Below, one piece after another: positions 1 to 10,237 of a DNA stretch of 64,000 bases. The notes under the pieces are model-generated. The model saw nothing but the letters and a program-made list of their open reading frames with translations, did not search any database and had not been told where the DNA came from. This stretch comes from Flavobacteriales bacterium. Lineage in GTDB: Bacteria; Bacteroidota; Bacteroidia; Palsa-965. The stretch spans positions 128,001 through 192,000 of the forward strand of contig JBEIPA010000004.1 of assembly GCA_040377305.1 (NCBI GenBank), read 5' to 3'. The position numbers and the translations under genes were made by a program. Numbering within the stretch: the first letter of the stretch is position 1; every line of letters starts with the position of its first letter.

Positions 1-3000
1 CAACCGGATTAACCGGAGCTGCAAACTGGGTAACACCATGGATACAGGATCCGACGAATGCGGTTTACCTCTGGGCTGGATACACGCAGGTGTTCCGCCG
101 CAATACAACCACAGGTAACTGGGTTCAGATGGGCACGCTCACCGGAAGCGGAACAATCATAGACATTGATGTTGCACCTTCGAACGGGGCCGTTGTTTAT
201 GCCGCTCGTTCTAACCAGTTGTGGAGATCTGCAAACACCGGCGGAACGTGGACGAACATCACCGGCACTCTGCCAATTGCCAGCGCAGCTATTTCACGTG
301 TAACCGTTGACCCTTCTGATGCTAATAATGTTTGGGTGACGTTCTCCGGTTATTCATCAGGCAACAAAGTTTTCGTTACCACCAACGGTGGAACAAGCTG
401 GACCAACATTTCTGCCGGCTTACCAAATATTCCCGCGAACTGTATTGTGTATACTCCCGGGTCTACCAACGATGCAGTTTACGTGGGTATGGACATTGGC
501 GTTTATTATCGCGATAACACAACTGGTGCCTGGGCGCCTTACTTCACGGGCTTACCAAACGTTCCGATTTTCGATCTCGAAATCTTCGCACCGACTAGCA
601 AAATCCGTTGTGCGTCTTATGGTCGCGGAGTTTGGGAAGTAGATGTGTACAATCCGGGGACGCTCGCACCGGTTGCTGACTTCTCCGCTAATCAAACATT
701 AATTTGTCCCGGTTCAACTGTGAACTTCACGGATCTTTCGTCGTTCACACCTACATCGTGGGCATGGACATTTCAAGGAGGAACACCAGGAACTTCTACT
801 GCACAAAATCCTACAGGAATTACGTGGTCGACTCCAGGCACATACAGCGTAACACTTACGGCGACAAACACCAACGGATCCGATGCGGAAACCAAAACAG
901 CTTACATCACTGTCTTAAACAATGCTGTTGCTCCTCCGCTGGTAGAAGGTTTTGAGGGCGCTCAATTCGTTCCGGCCAACTGGATAGCCAATGACATCAA
1001 TAACGATGGCGTGTACTTCGATCGTTTTGCAGCAGGTGCTAATCCAACACCTGGTAATAGTGCGCGATTCGACAACTACAACCTTGATGTCGCCGGTTCG
1101 CGGGATGAAATGTGGGCGCCACGACAAACATTCGCATCAATGACCAACTGCCAGATTACTTTCGACGTGGCGTACGCGCGATACAGTGCAGCATACTCAG
1201 ATACACTTGAATGTTTGGTGTCAACAAATTGCGGATCGACCTGGACACAAGTGTGGATTAAGGGCGGAAGCACGCTCGCCACCGTTCCTGATCAAACAAC
1301 GCAGTTCGCTCCGACAACCGCGCAATGGCGTAATGAAGTAGTTAGTCTCACAGCTTACAACGGACAAGCGAACGTTCTCATCAAGTTTGTTAACCGCGGT
1401 CATTACGGAAATTGTTTATACGTCGATAACGTGAACATTACCGGAACAGCATCTGCGCTACCAAGCGGAACATTTACTGCAAGCGCTACTTCTGTCTGTG
1501 CGGGGGTTCCTGTGAATTTTACAAGTACTTCTACTGCTACTCCAACTTCGTGGTCGTGGACATTCCCAAGCGGAACACCCGCAACTGCAACAACACAAAA
1601 CGTTACCGGTGTCGTTTGGAATACTGCAGGAACTTACACAGTAACGCATACTGCAACGAACGCAAACGGCACAGGAACGACAACGCAAACAATAACTGTC
1701 CTTCCGTTGCCAACCGTAACGACATCGGCATCTCCTGCAACAATTTGTTCCGGATCAAGTTCAACACTCACGGCGACAGGCGCATCAACTTATTCGTGGA
1801 TGCCGGGACCATTGAGCGGCTCACCGGTTACAGTGTCGCCAACAGGAACTACAACTTACACCGTAACAGCTACCGCTGCGAATGGTTGCACAAGAACTGC
1901 AACAAGAACAGTTACAGTAAACACCTCTCCAACTGTTACAGCGAGTGCAAGCAGTTCTACCATTTGTGCGGGAAGTAACACAACGTTAACCGGAGGCGGA
2001 GCATCTACATACGTGTGGAATCCGGGAAATATTTCCGGAAGTCCGATTACGGTTTCTCCAACGGGAACAACCACATACACCGTAACAGGCACAGCAGCGA
2101 ACGGCTGTACGTCGACAGCAACTCGAGTGATCACAGTGAATCCAGCTCCAACAGTTACAGCAACTGCGGGCAGTCCGACTATTTGCACGGGCGGAAACAC
2201 AACGCTTACTGGTGGTGGAGCGTCAACATACAATTGGCTGCCTGGTCCACTTTCAGGTTCACCAGTTACTGTTTCACCTGCAATAACTACTACGTATACC
2301 GTGACAGGAACTGCTGCGAACGGTTGTACATCTACGCAAACTGTATTGGTTACTGTGAATCCAACTCCAACTGTTGTGGTATCTGCAACACCTTCTACAA
2401 TTTGTTCGGGCGCTTCATCAACAATGACTGCTACCGGTGCCACAACTTATTTGTGGATGCCTGGATCATTGACAGGAACATCTGTTGTAGTTTCTCCAAC
2501 CACAACAACAACGTACACGGTTACCGGAACTTCGGGGTGTTCGTCAACAGCTACACAACTCATTACTGTTAACTCTTCACCTACGGTAACTGCTACATCG
2601 AGCCCGGGAACAATTTGCTCAGGTAACAACTCAACGCTCACTGCAGGTGGTGCTACAACCTATTCATGGTTGCCAGGACCATTGAGTGGTTCGCCAGTGA
2701 CTGTTGCACCTGCAACTTCTACGACGTATACCATGACAGGCACAGGAGCGAACGGATGTACATCGACTCAAACCGTTGCTGTTACAGTGAATACATCACC
2801 AACGGTTGCTGTTTCTGCTTCGAATGCATCGATTTGCACAGGAGGAAACACAACACTTACTTCTACAGGAGCTGCAAGTTATTTGTGGATGCCCGGATCA
2901 CTCACCGGTTCAAGTGTTGTAGTAACTCCGACTGCAACGACGACTTACACAGTGACAGGAACAGCCGCGAATGGTTGCACAAACGTTCAGACCATTACAA

Positions 3001-5075
3001 TTACCGTAGGTTCACAACCAACAGTCACTGTGTCTGCTTCTAACACTTCTGTTTGTGCGGGCTCAAGTACAACGTTGACTGGCGCGGGAACAACGTCTTA
3101 CACCTGGATGCCGGGCAACTTGACCGGAACATCAATAGTTGTATCTCCTACAGGAAATACGACTTACACCGTTACAGGTTCAAACGGTCCCGGATGCACT
3201 AACACTGCAACAATTCTGATCACTGTCAACGCAATTCCTAATGTGACTGCATCCGGTTCTCCGAATGTAATTTGCGCAGGAAGTTCAGCTACGCTCACGG
3301 GTAGTGGGGGTGTTACGTACACCTGGATGCCTGGCGCCCTTTCCGGTTCACCAATCACCGTGTCGCCAACAACTACAACTACTTATACCGTAACAGGAAC
3401 AGATGCTAATGGATGTACTGACACTGGAACACGATTAATTACTGTGAATGCTGCACCAACACTTACTGTTACTCCGGCTAACTCGTCGATTTGTCCTGGA
3501 GGCAGCGTAACATTATCCGGTACAACAACGGGCGGAAATACGTATAGCTGGTCGCCAATAACGGGATTGTCTGCACCTACATCTGCAACGACAATTGCAT
3601 CGCCGACAATTACTACAACTTATGTGCTTACGAAAACGCGCACAACAACAGGTTGCACGACTACACGAACAGCAGTTGTAACTGTGAATCCAACTCCGAC
3701 CATTACTGCAACGGCCGCGAGCCCTTCAGTTTGTACAGGAGGTAACACAACAATCACTGCAGCAGGCGGATCAACTTACACATGGATGCCAGGCTCACTT
3801 AGCGGAACAACAGTTACTGTTACACCGGTTGCAACCACAACTTACACAGTAACCGGAACTAGTGCACAAGGTTGTACCGGCACGCAAACCGTAACTGTTA
3901 CAGTAGGTCCACCTCCAACAGTAACCGCTTCTTCGAGTGGTACTATCTGCTCTGGCGACAACGCAACACTCACTGGTTCGGGAGCATCCTCATATACGTG
4001 GATGCCGGGATCGTTAAGCGGAAGTCCGATCAGTGTTTCACCAGCAGCAACAACGACGTATACGGTAACCGGTTCCAACGGTCCGGGATGTTCTAGTACT
4101 GCAACCGTGCTTGTAACGGTGAATACTTTACCAACTGTCACTGCATCTGCTTCGAATTCTACAATTTGTGCGGGTGACGCAATTACCCTTACCGGGAACG
4201 GTGCATCAACTTACGACTGGATGCCGGGATCGCTCAATGGCTCGCCCGTAACAGACACTCCTGCTTCGTCGACTACGTATACTGTAACCGGAACAGATGC
4301 AAACGGTTGTTCTTCTACCGGAATAGTTGCTGTAACTGTGAATGCATTACCAATCGTATCCGCGTCTTCATCGGCATCAACTTCTTGTGCGGGTGAACAG
4401 ATCACATTGACAGGTAACGGTGCTGCCAGCTACAATTGGATGCCGGGATCACTCAGCGGTTCTCCGGTAGCTGATTCTCCGACTGCAACAACAACTTACA
4501 CTGTAACCGGCACAGATGGAAACGGTTGTTCTTCTACCGGCACTGTTGCTGTAACTGTAAATACACTGCCTGCCGTTTCTATCACGCTCGCAACAGATAC
4601 GTTCTGCGACATTGATGGACCAACTGCACTAAGCGGAGGATCACCTGCTGGTGGAACATACAGCGGTCCTGGTGTAAGCGGAAACGCGTTTGATGCTTCA
4701 TCGGTTGGACAAGGCACGTACAACGTTATCTACACATTTACGGATGTAAACGGGTGCAGCGATTCTGCGTCACAGTCTGTTGTTGTTGATGTATGTTCAG
4801 GAAGCGTTGATATTGGTTCTCCGCTAAGCGGACTCGTTGCGGTTCCAAATCCGAACAATGGCGAATTTACCATCTGGTTCAACGCCGCGCAGACAGACGA
4901 CTACGTGCTCGAAATTCACAATACACTTGGACAAGTTGTGTATGCTGAAACGCTCAACAACTTCTCCGGTCAGTACAAAAAAGAAATCAGTCTCGCCGGA
5001 TTTGAAAGAGGTTGCTACAGTGTACGTCTGCGATCAACATCCGATGAAACAGTAATCAGAGTGATCACATTCTAA
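1..5075 (+). CDS. Large T9SS type A cargo protein, 5'-truncated by the window edge: BNR/Asp-box propeller end, PKD domains, 13 tandem Ig-like repeats, C-terminal sorting domain
   Basis: Frame is open from position 3 (TGLTGAANWVTPWIQDP), so the GTG at 90 is not the start. Asp-box motifs SANTGGTW and TTNGGTSW; PKD WTFQGGTP; CTD VPNPNNGEF...IHNTLGQVV...GCYSVRL. Confidence 0.88.
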   Translation, partial: TGLTGAANWVTPWIQDPTNAVYLWAGYTQVFRRNTTTGNWVQMGTLTGSGTIIDIDVAPSNGAVVYAARSNQLWRSANTGGTWTNITGTLPIASAAISRVTVDPSDANNVWVTFSGYSSGNKVFVTTNGGTSWTNISAGLPNIPANCIVYTPGSTNDAVYVGMDIGVYYRDNTTGAWAPYFTGLPNVPIFDLEIFAPTSKIRCASYGRGVWEVDVYNPGTLAPVADFSANQTLICPGSTVNFTDLSSFTPTSWAWTFQGGTPGTSTAQNPTGITWSTPGTYSVTLTATNTNGSDAETKTAYITVLNNAVAPPLVEGFEGAQFVPANWIANDINNDGVYFDRFAAGANPTPGNSARFDNYNLDVAGSRDEMWAPRQTFASMTNCQITFDVAYARYSAAYSDTLECLVSTNCGSTWTQVWIKGGSTLATVPDQTTQFAPTTAQWRNEVVSLTAYNGQANVLIKFVNRGHYGNCLYVDNVNITGTASALPSGTFTASATSVCAGVPVNFTSTSTATPTSWSWTFPSGTPATATTQNVTGVVWNTAGTYTVTHTATNANGTGTTTQTITVLPLPTVTTSASPATICSGSSSTLTATGASTYSWMPGPLSGSPVTVSPTGTTTYTVTATAANGCTRTATRTVTVNTSPTVTASASSSTICAGSNTTLTGGGASTYVWNPGNISGSPITVSPTGTTTYTVTGTAANGCTSTATRVITVNPAPTVTATAGSPTICTGGNTTLTGGGASTYNWLPGPLSGSPVTVSPAITTTYTVTGTAANGCTSTQTVLVTVNPTPTVVVSATPSTICSGASSTMTATGATTYLWMPGSLTGTSVVVSPTTTTTYTVTGTSGCSSTATQLITVNSSPTVTATSSPGTICSGNNSTLTAGGATTYSWLPGPLSGSPVTVAPATSTTYTMTGTGANGCTSTQTVAVTVNTSPTVAVSASNASICTGGNTTLTSTGAASYLWMPGSLTGSSVVVTPTATTTYTVTGTAANGCTNVQTITITVGSQPTVTVSASNTSVCAGSSTTLTGAGTTSYTWMPGNLTGTSIVVSPTGNTTYTVTGSNGPGCTNTATILITVNAIPNVTASGSPNVICAGSSATLTGSGGVTYTWMPGALSGSPITVSPTTTTTYTVTGTDANGCTDTGTRLITVNAAPTLTVTPANSSICPGGSVTLSGTTTGGNTYSWSPITGLSAPTSATTIASPTITTTYVLTKTRTTTGCTTTRTAVVTVNPTPTITATAASPSVCTGGNTTITAAGGSTYTWMPGSLSGTTVTVTPVATTTYTVTGTSAQGCTGTQTVTVTVGPPPTVTASSSGTICSGDNATLTGSGASSYTWMPGSLSGSPISVSPAATTTYTVTGSNGPGCSSTATVLVTVNTLPTVTASASNSTICAGDAITLTGNGASTYDWMPGSLNGSPVTDTPASSTTYTVTGTDANGCSSTGIVAVTVNALPIVSASSSASTSCAGEQITLTGNGAASYNWMPGSLSGSPVADSPTATTTYTVTGTDGNGCSSTGTVAVTVNTLPAVSITLATDTFCDIDGPTALSGGSPAGGTYSGPGVSGNAFDASSVGQGTYNVIYTFTDVNGCSDSASQSVVVDVCSGSVDIGSPLSGLVAVPNPNNGEFTIWFNAAQTDDYVLEIHNTLGQVVYAETLNNFSGQYKKEISLAGFERGCYSVRLRSTSDETVIRVITF
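1707..4565 (+). repeat. 13 tandem ~73-aa Thr-rich, two-Cys Ig-like repeats (coding)
   Basis: Consensus PTVT..S..TIC.G..TTLT..GA.TY.WMPG.LSGSP.TVSP..TTTYTVTGT.ANGC..T....VTVN counted 13 times in the translation; unit 9 is divergent. Confidence 0.9.
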
Positions 5076-5091
5076 GAATTAACTGACTCAC

Positions 5092-5120
5092 AAAAAAGCC
5101 CGGCAAGTCCGGGCTTTTTT
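5092..5120 (+). terminator. Intrinsic terminator, potentially bidirectional
   Basis: AAAAAAGCCCGG-CAAGT-CCGGGCTTTTTT just after the stop at 5075. Confidence 0.9.
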
Positions 5121-5329
5121 ATCGGCACACTTCGTCTGAAATGCGTCAATTACCCAATGAGAAAAATAAATTTCTACAATGCGCTACCAATTTCTTCGCA
5201 AAAACCTCCACTTAGATGTTTTTCTGTTTTTTGTGCGGTCTTTCGGGATGTTCTGGCGAACTTTGCAACGCTTGTCCTAGTCCAGATAGCGATCGTGATA
5301 GAAGGGCTCACACACCATAAATAATCAGC

Positions 5330-8300
5330 ATGAAATTGAGAATCTCAGGTCTCGTAATCGCACTTGCATGTATTGCATTTTCAGCGAACGCACAGCAACG
5401 TGAAGAACAGGCAAACGATGTAAATACATGGCTGGAGCTGTGGAGAAATCCTGCGTCCAATTACTTTACTGTGAAACATCATTTCGATTCAACTTTTTCA
5501 GAAGTTGAACAGGAAATGCGCACGCACACCGGACAATCTTCCGCACAGGAATCTGAACGTGAAGAAGGTGCAAAAGACGGCACGTTCCGTTTGTTCAAAC
5601 GCTGGGAATGGTACTACGCTCCACGTGTCGGAGTAAGTGGAGATCTCACCATGCCTGCGTATTCGTACATCAACTTCTTCACCTATCTCGAACAAAATCC
5701 GGCTGCGAAACAAATGCGCAATGCATCCATTTCGCGCCAGCTTAGTTCTACGAATTGGAATTTTGTTGGACCAACCGGTGCGCCAAATGGTGGTGGAGCC
5801 GGTCGCTTAAATTTTGTTCGCTTCGACCCGAACAACAATAGCATCATTTACGTTGGTGCTCCGGCTGGTGGTTTATGGAAAACAACGAATGGTGGTACTT
5901 CATGGACATGCCTAACGGATTTCCTTCCCATCATCGGTTGTTCCGATCTCGCTATTGATCCTTCTAACACACAGGTGCTTTATCTCGCTACCGGCGATAA
6001 TGACGGTGGCGACATGCCTTCACTCGGGGTTTTGAAAAGTATTGATGGTGGCTTGACCTGGAACAGCACGGGAATGAACTTCAATATTGTTCAGTCACGT
6101 AAAGTTGCGCGGGTTATAATTGATCCGTCAAACACAAACGTAGTCTACTGCGGAACTTCGGCCGGCATTTATAAAACCTATGATGCGGGTGTAACCTTTA
6201 CACAAATTTCAGGTTCGGGAATTGTGGATATGGAAATGAATCCTACTGATCCGCAAACATTGTATGCATGTCGTACTTCATTTATCAAATCAACAAATGG
6301 TGGCGCAACATGGACAACAATTTCCACCGGACTTCCTCTGGCGAATAGTGTTTCCCGACTGGCCATTGCAGTAACAAAAGATGACGCGAACTACGTTTAC
6401 ATTCTTGCCGGCAACGGAAACACACAAGGCTTCGAAGGAATTTATGTCTCAACAAACGCCGGACAATCTTTTACACCTCGTGCGAATTCTCCAAATCTTC
6501 TTGGTTGGGATCCGAACGGAAATGACAACGATGGTCAGGCGTGGTACGATCTTTCAATTGCTGTAGCGCCTTACAATAAAGATGTGGTTGTGGTTGGTGG
6601 TGTGAACATCTGGCGTTCAGACGACGGAGGATTTACATGGAACCTCAACGCACATTGGTACGGTGGCGGTGGCGTCCCGTACGTACACGCAGACATTCAC
6701 GCGTTAGAATTTCTTCCGGGAGCTGTTAGCACATTGTATGTTGGATGCGATGGCGGAATATTTATGACCGATGACGATGGAGCAAACTACACGGACCTAA
6801 GCAGCAACCTTTGCATTGCACAGATTTACAAAATGGGGCAATCCGTTTCTAATGCTGCGACGGTTATCACCGGACATCAGGACAACGGGACGAATCTCAA
6901 AGTTAACGCTTCAGAAGACGAAGTGCTCGGCGGAGATGGTATGGATTGTTTCATTGACCGTACCAGCGATTTTAATTTATTCGGATCAATATACTACGGC
7001 GACTACTACCGTTCGAACGACGGCGGTAACAACTGGAGCGGAATCACCAGCGGACTCAGCGGAAATTTTGGTTGGGTCTCTCCGTGGAAACAGGATCCGA
7101 ATGTGGCAAATACAATTTACTGTGCAGGCAGCCAGATGTTCAAGTCGACGAATCAAGGCAACACGTGGACGCAGATGGGAACCCTTTCGAATGGGCAATC
7201 AATTGTTGAATTTGAAGTTGCAGAATCGAACACACAGTATCTCTACATCACAAACGGTGCACAAATCTGGAAAACTTCGAACGGAGGCACTACATACACC
7301 AACATCACGAGTCCAATCAATACAAGCGGCGCATCCATCCAGAATATCACGATCAGTCCTTACGATGAGAACATGGTGTGGATATGTCTCTCCGGTTATT
7401 CTCTAAACAACAAAGTTTGGTTTACTGCAGATGCAGGTGTAACATGGACGAATATTTCTTACGGACTTCCGAATATTCCTGCTAATGCAATCAAAGCTGT
7501 TTCAAATACCGGAAACAATCTTGTGTTTGTTGGAATGGATGCCGGTGTTTACTATCGTCACGATTACAGCAACGGATGGCAGCCCTATTTCTCGGCGCTT
7601 CCACTTGCTCCTATCAGCGATTTTGAATTGTTTGAATCCACAATGACTTTGCGCGCGGCGACTTACGGTCGTGGTGTATGGGAGGTTGCAATTGATCCGA
7701 CTCTTCTGTCCATGGCTGCCCAATTCACTGTGAACGACAACACGCTTTGTCCGGGAACAACCGTGCAATTCACCGATCAAACAACAAACAGTCCTACACA
7801 GTGGTATTGGAGTTTCCCCGGAGGAAATCCTTCAACGTCCACTGTGCAGAACCCAACCGTTAATTACAGCATTCCCGGATCCTACGCTGTTACACTTACT
7901 GCGTACGGCGCGAGCGGATCAGATGTGCAGACTATCAATAACTACATCGTAGTAAGCGGAAATTACACGCCGCCATTCTTTGAAGGATTTGTAAACACTA
8001 CTTTCCTTCCACAAGATTGGACCGGAGTAAACAACGGCAATCAAAGTTATTTCTGGACACATAGTAGTACAGTAGGGCACAATAGCACCAACTCAGCGTA
8101 CTTCAACAACCATAGTTACAATAGCCCGGGAACATCTGATGACATGATTACTCCGGGAATCAGTTTGATCGGATACGCCAATCCCCAACTCACATTCGAT
8201 GTTGCGTATGCCCGATACAACGCCAACCGAACGGATACACTTGAAGTATTCGTTTCTGCAGATTGCGGCGTAACGTGGACAAGCGTGTATGAGAAAGGCG

Positions 8301-9673
8301 GAAGTGTCCTTGCAACTGTTCCTGATCAGTTAACACCGTTCACTCCTACAAACGCGCAGTGGCGCACAGAAACAATCAACCTCAATGCGTATGCGAATGC
8401 CGGAGCGTTGCTCGTGAAATTCCGAAACGAAAACGATCACGGAAATTATCTGTGGATCGACAACATCAACCTGAGTGCAACAGTAAACACTGCGCCAACA
8501 GCAATGATGTTCTCCCAAGGTGCGTGTATGATGGATTCAACTTCCTTCACGGGTCTCGCTGTTCCGGCTGCAACAGCATGGAACTGGACCTTCAGCGGTG
8601 GAAGCCCTGCAACATCATCGCTGCAGAATCCAACAACGCTGTGGACAACACCGGGAACATATACTGTTACTTTGATTGCATCAAACACTATCGGGTCTGA
8701 CACCATCACACAAACAGTTACAATCCATGGCTTGCCAACTGTTGATGCCGGCACAGACACCACATTCTGCAGTACAACCTATGTATCGCTGCAAGGTTCA
8801 GGTGGCGTGGCTTATAGCTGGTTGCCTACAACTAACCTGTACAACCCAAGCAGCGCAAGTCCGAACGTTTACCTCACAGCAAACACAACGTTCACCATGA
8901 CTGCTACAGATAGTCTCGGTTGTTCTGCAAGCGACACAGTGAACATCAGCATTCTTCCGCTTCCGACTTTTGCAGTCACCGCAAGTGACAACTCCATTTG
9001 TCCTTATGACACCATTCAGATCTGGGCAACACAACCGCAGTATCAGTACACATGGACACCAGCTTCGTCTTTAGATTCTGCCAATGTAGATTCTACAAAT
9101 GCATGGCCTGTGACAAATACAACGTATACCATTACTTCCATCGACACAACTACCGGTTGTATGTATTCAACAACAGAAGTGGTAACGGTGTACGCGCTCA
9201 CGCCTACTCCAACCGTTTTAGTTTGGGGATGGCAGCTGACCTGTTCGGTTGGTGCTGCGAGTTACCAGTGGTTCCTCAATGGAAATCCGATTGCAGGTGC
9301 AACACAGCAAACCTATCTTGCTTCAACAATCGGTATGTATCAGGTTGAAGCATACAATGTGCAGAGTTGTCCTTCGGGAATTTCTTCTGCAGTTCTGGTT
9401 GACGCGATACCTGAAATCAACGTAACGTCATTCAGCATTTATCCGAACCCGAACGGTGGAGAATTCTGGATCACGTTCGCAGGTGAGAAAAATGCGGATT
9501 ACGTCCTGGAAATTTTCAACGCAGAAGGACGAGTTGTTGCGCAGCAGAAAATCACAGGTTTCTCCGGTGAATACCGCCAGATGTTTGATATGTCGTTGTA
9601 CGGGGCCGGAGTTTACATGGTTCGTCTTTCCAACGATGAAGGATCGTCTGCATACCGAATGATTGTGTACTAA
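5330..9673 (+). CDS. T9SS type A cargo: sortilin/VPS10-like BNR beta-propeller (glycosyl hydrolase-like) with PKD and Ig-like domains; paralog of the upstream gene
   Basis: Signal peptide ending ANA-Q; many S/TxDGGxTW Asp-boxes; HADIH and GHQDNG...GGDG motifs; CTD IYPNPNGGEF...GVYMVRL. Confidence 0.88.
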   Translation: MKLRISGLVIALACIAFSANAQQREEQANDVNTWLELWRNPASNYFTVKHHFDSTFSEVEQEMRTHTGQSSAQESEREEGAKDGTFRLFKRWEWYYAPRVGVSGDLTMPAYSYINFFTYLEQNPAAKQMRNASISRQLSSTNWNFVGPTGAPNGGGAGRLNFVRFDPNNNSIIYVGAPAGGLWKTTNGGTSWTCLTDFLPIIGCSDLAIDPSNTQVLYLATGDNDGGDMPSLGVLKSIDGGLTWNSTGMNFNIVQSRKVARVIIDPSNTNVVYCGTSAGIYKTYDAGVTFTQISGSGIVDMEMNPTDPQTLYACRTSFIKSTNGGATWTTISTGLPLANSVSRLAIAVTKDDANYVYILAGNGNTQGFEGIYVSTNAGQSFTPRANSPNLLGWDPNGNDNDGQAWYDLSIAVAPYNKDVVVVGGVNIWRSDDGGFTWNLNAHWYGGGGVPYVHADIHALEFLPGAVSTLYVGCDGGIFMTDDDGANYTDLSSNLCIAQIYKMGQSVSNAATVITGHQDNGTNLKVNASEDEVLGGDGMDCFIDRTSDFNLFGSIYYGDYYRSNDGGNNWSGITSGLSGNFGWVSPWKQDPNVANTIYCAGSQMFKSTNQGNTWTQMGTLSNGQSIVEFEVAESNTQYLYITNGAQIWKTSNGGTTYTNITSPINTSGASIQNITISPYDENMVWICLSGYSLNNKVWFTADAGVTWTNISYGLPNIPANAIKAVSNTGNNLVFVGMDAGVYYRHDYSNGWQPYFSALPLAPISDFELFESTMTLRAATYGRGVWEVAIDPTLLSMAAQFTVNDNTLCPGTTVQFTDQTTNSPTQWYWSFPGGNPSTSTVQNPTVNYSIPGSYAVTLTAYGASGSDVQTINNYIVVSGNYTPPFFEGFVNTTFLPQDWTGVNNGNQSYFWTHSSTVGHNSTNSAYFNNHSYNSPGTSDDMITPGISLIGYANPQLTFDVAYARYNANRTDTLEVFVSADCGVTWTSVYEKGGSVLATVPDQLTPFTPTNAQWRTETINLNAYANAGALLVKFRNENDHGNYLWIDNINLSATVNTAPTAMMFSQGACMMDSTSFTGLAVPAATAWNWTFSGGSPATSSLQNPTTLWTTPGTYTVTLIASNTIGSDTITQTVTIHGLPTVDAGTDTTFCSTTYVSLQGSGGVAYSWLPTTNLYNPSSASPNVYLTANTTFTMTATDSLGCSASDTVNISILPLPTFAVTASDNSICPYDTIQIWATQPQYQYTWTPASSLDSANVDSTNAWPVTNTTYTITSIDTTTGCMYSTTEVVTVYALTPTPTVLVWGWQLTCSVGAASYQWFLNGNPIAGATQQTYLASTIGMYQVEAYNVQSCPSGISSAVLVDAIPEINVTSFSIYPNPNGGEFWITFAGEKNADYVLEIFNAEGRVVAQQKITGFSGEYRQMFDMSLYGAGVYMVRLSNDEGSSAYRMIVY

Positions 9674-10221
9674 TGAATAAACTGCCTGCGTTTAACATTG
9701 ACAAAACGTGGACCTTGTTCCTCGATCGCGACGGAGTGATCAATGAACGCATTCACGGTGATTATGTAAAAACCGTGAGCGGCTTTCATTTTATTCCCGG
9801 TGTGAAAGAATCCATTGCGAAGCTTTCACAACTCTTTGGTAAAATCGTAGTTGTAACCAATCAACAAGGAATCGGAAAAGGTCTGTACAGCCACGAGGAA
9901 CTTGCAGCCATTCACAACCATCTCAAACAGGAAGTGGAATCTGCCGGTGGGCGTATCGATGCAATTTTTTATGCTCCTAATCTTGCTTCAGAGAATTCTT
10001 CACTGCGAAAACCAGGGATCGGAATGGCTTTAAATGCACAGAAGATTTTTCCGCAAATCGATTTTTCCAGGAGTGTAATGGTTGGAGACACGGAAAGCGA
10101 TATGCAGTTTGCCCGTAACGCCGGTATGAAAGCTGTGTTTTGCTGCTCAAACAACGATGTGGTGTCTGCGGATGTTCACGTATCTTCACTTGCTGAATTT
10201 GCTTCCTGGATTTCAGGATAG
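9673..10221 (+). CDS. gmhB: HAD-IIIA phosphatase, GmhB/histidinol-phosphatase family
   Basis: FLDRDGVIN, VVTNQQGI, RKPGIGM and MVGDTESD motifs; start overlaps upstream stop (TAATG). Confidence 0.8.
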   Translation: MNKLPAFNIDKTWTLFLDRDGVINERIHGDYVKTVSGFHFIPGVKESIAKLSQLFGKIVVVTNQQGIGKGLYSHEELAAIHNHLKQEVESAGGRIDAIFYAPNLASENSSLRKPGIGMALNAQKIFPQIDFSRSVMVGDTESDMQFARNAGMKAVFCCSNNDVVSADVHVSSLAEFASWISG

Positions 10222-10237
10222 CAATCCGAAAAGCCGG

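Noticed and set aside
1707-4565. Periodic DNA similarity suggesting a CRISPR array or DGR repeats
   Set aside because: The period is about 219 nt, in frame and degenerate at synonymous sites; no cas or reverse transcriptase gene is present.
1856-4723. Several Val/Thr-rich minus-strand ORFs (e.g. 1856-2443, 3842-4141)
   Set aside because: Antisense shadows of the Thr-rich repeats; the same applies to shadow ORFs over the other T9SS and nuo genes.
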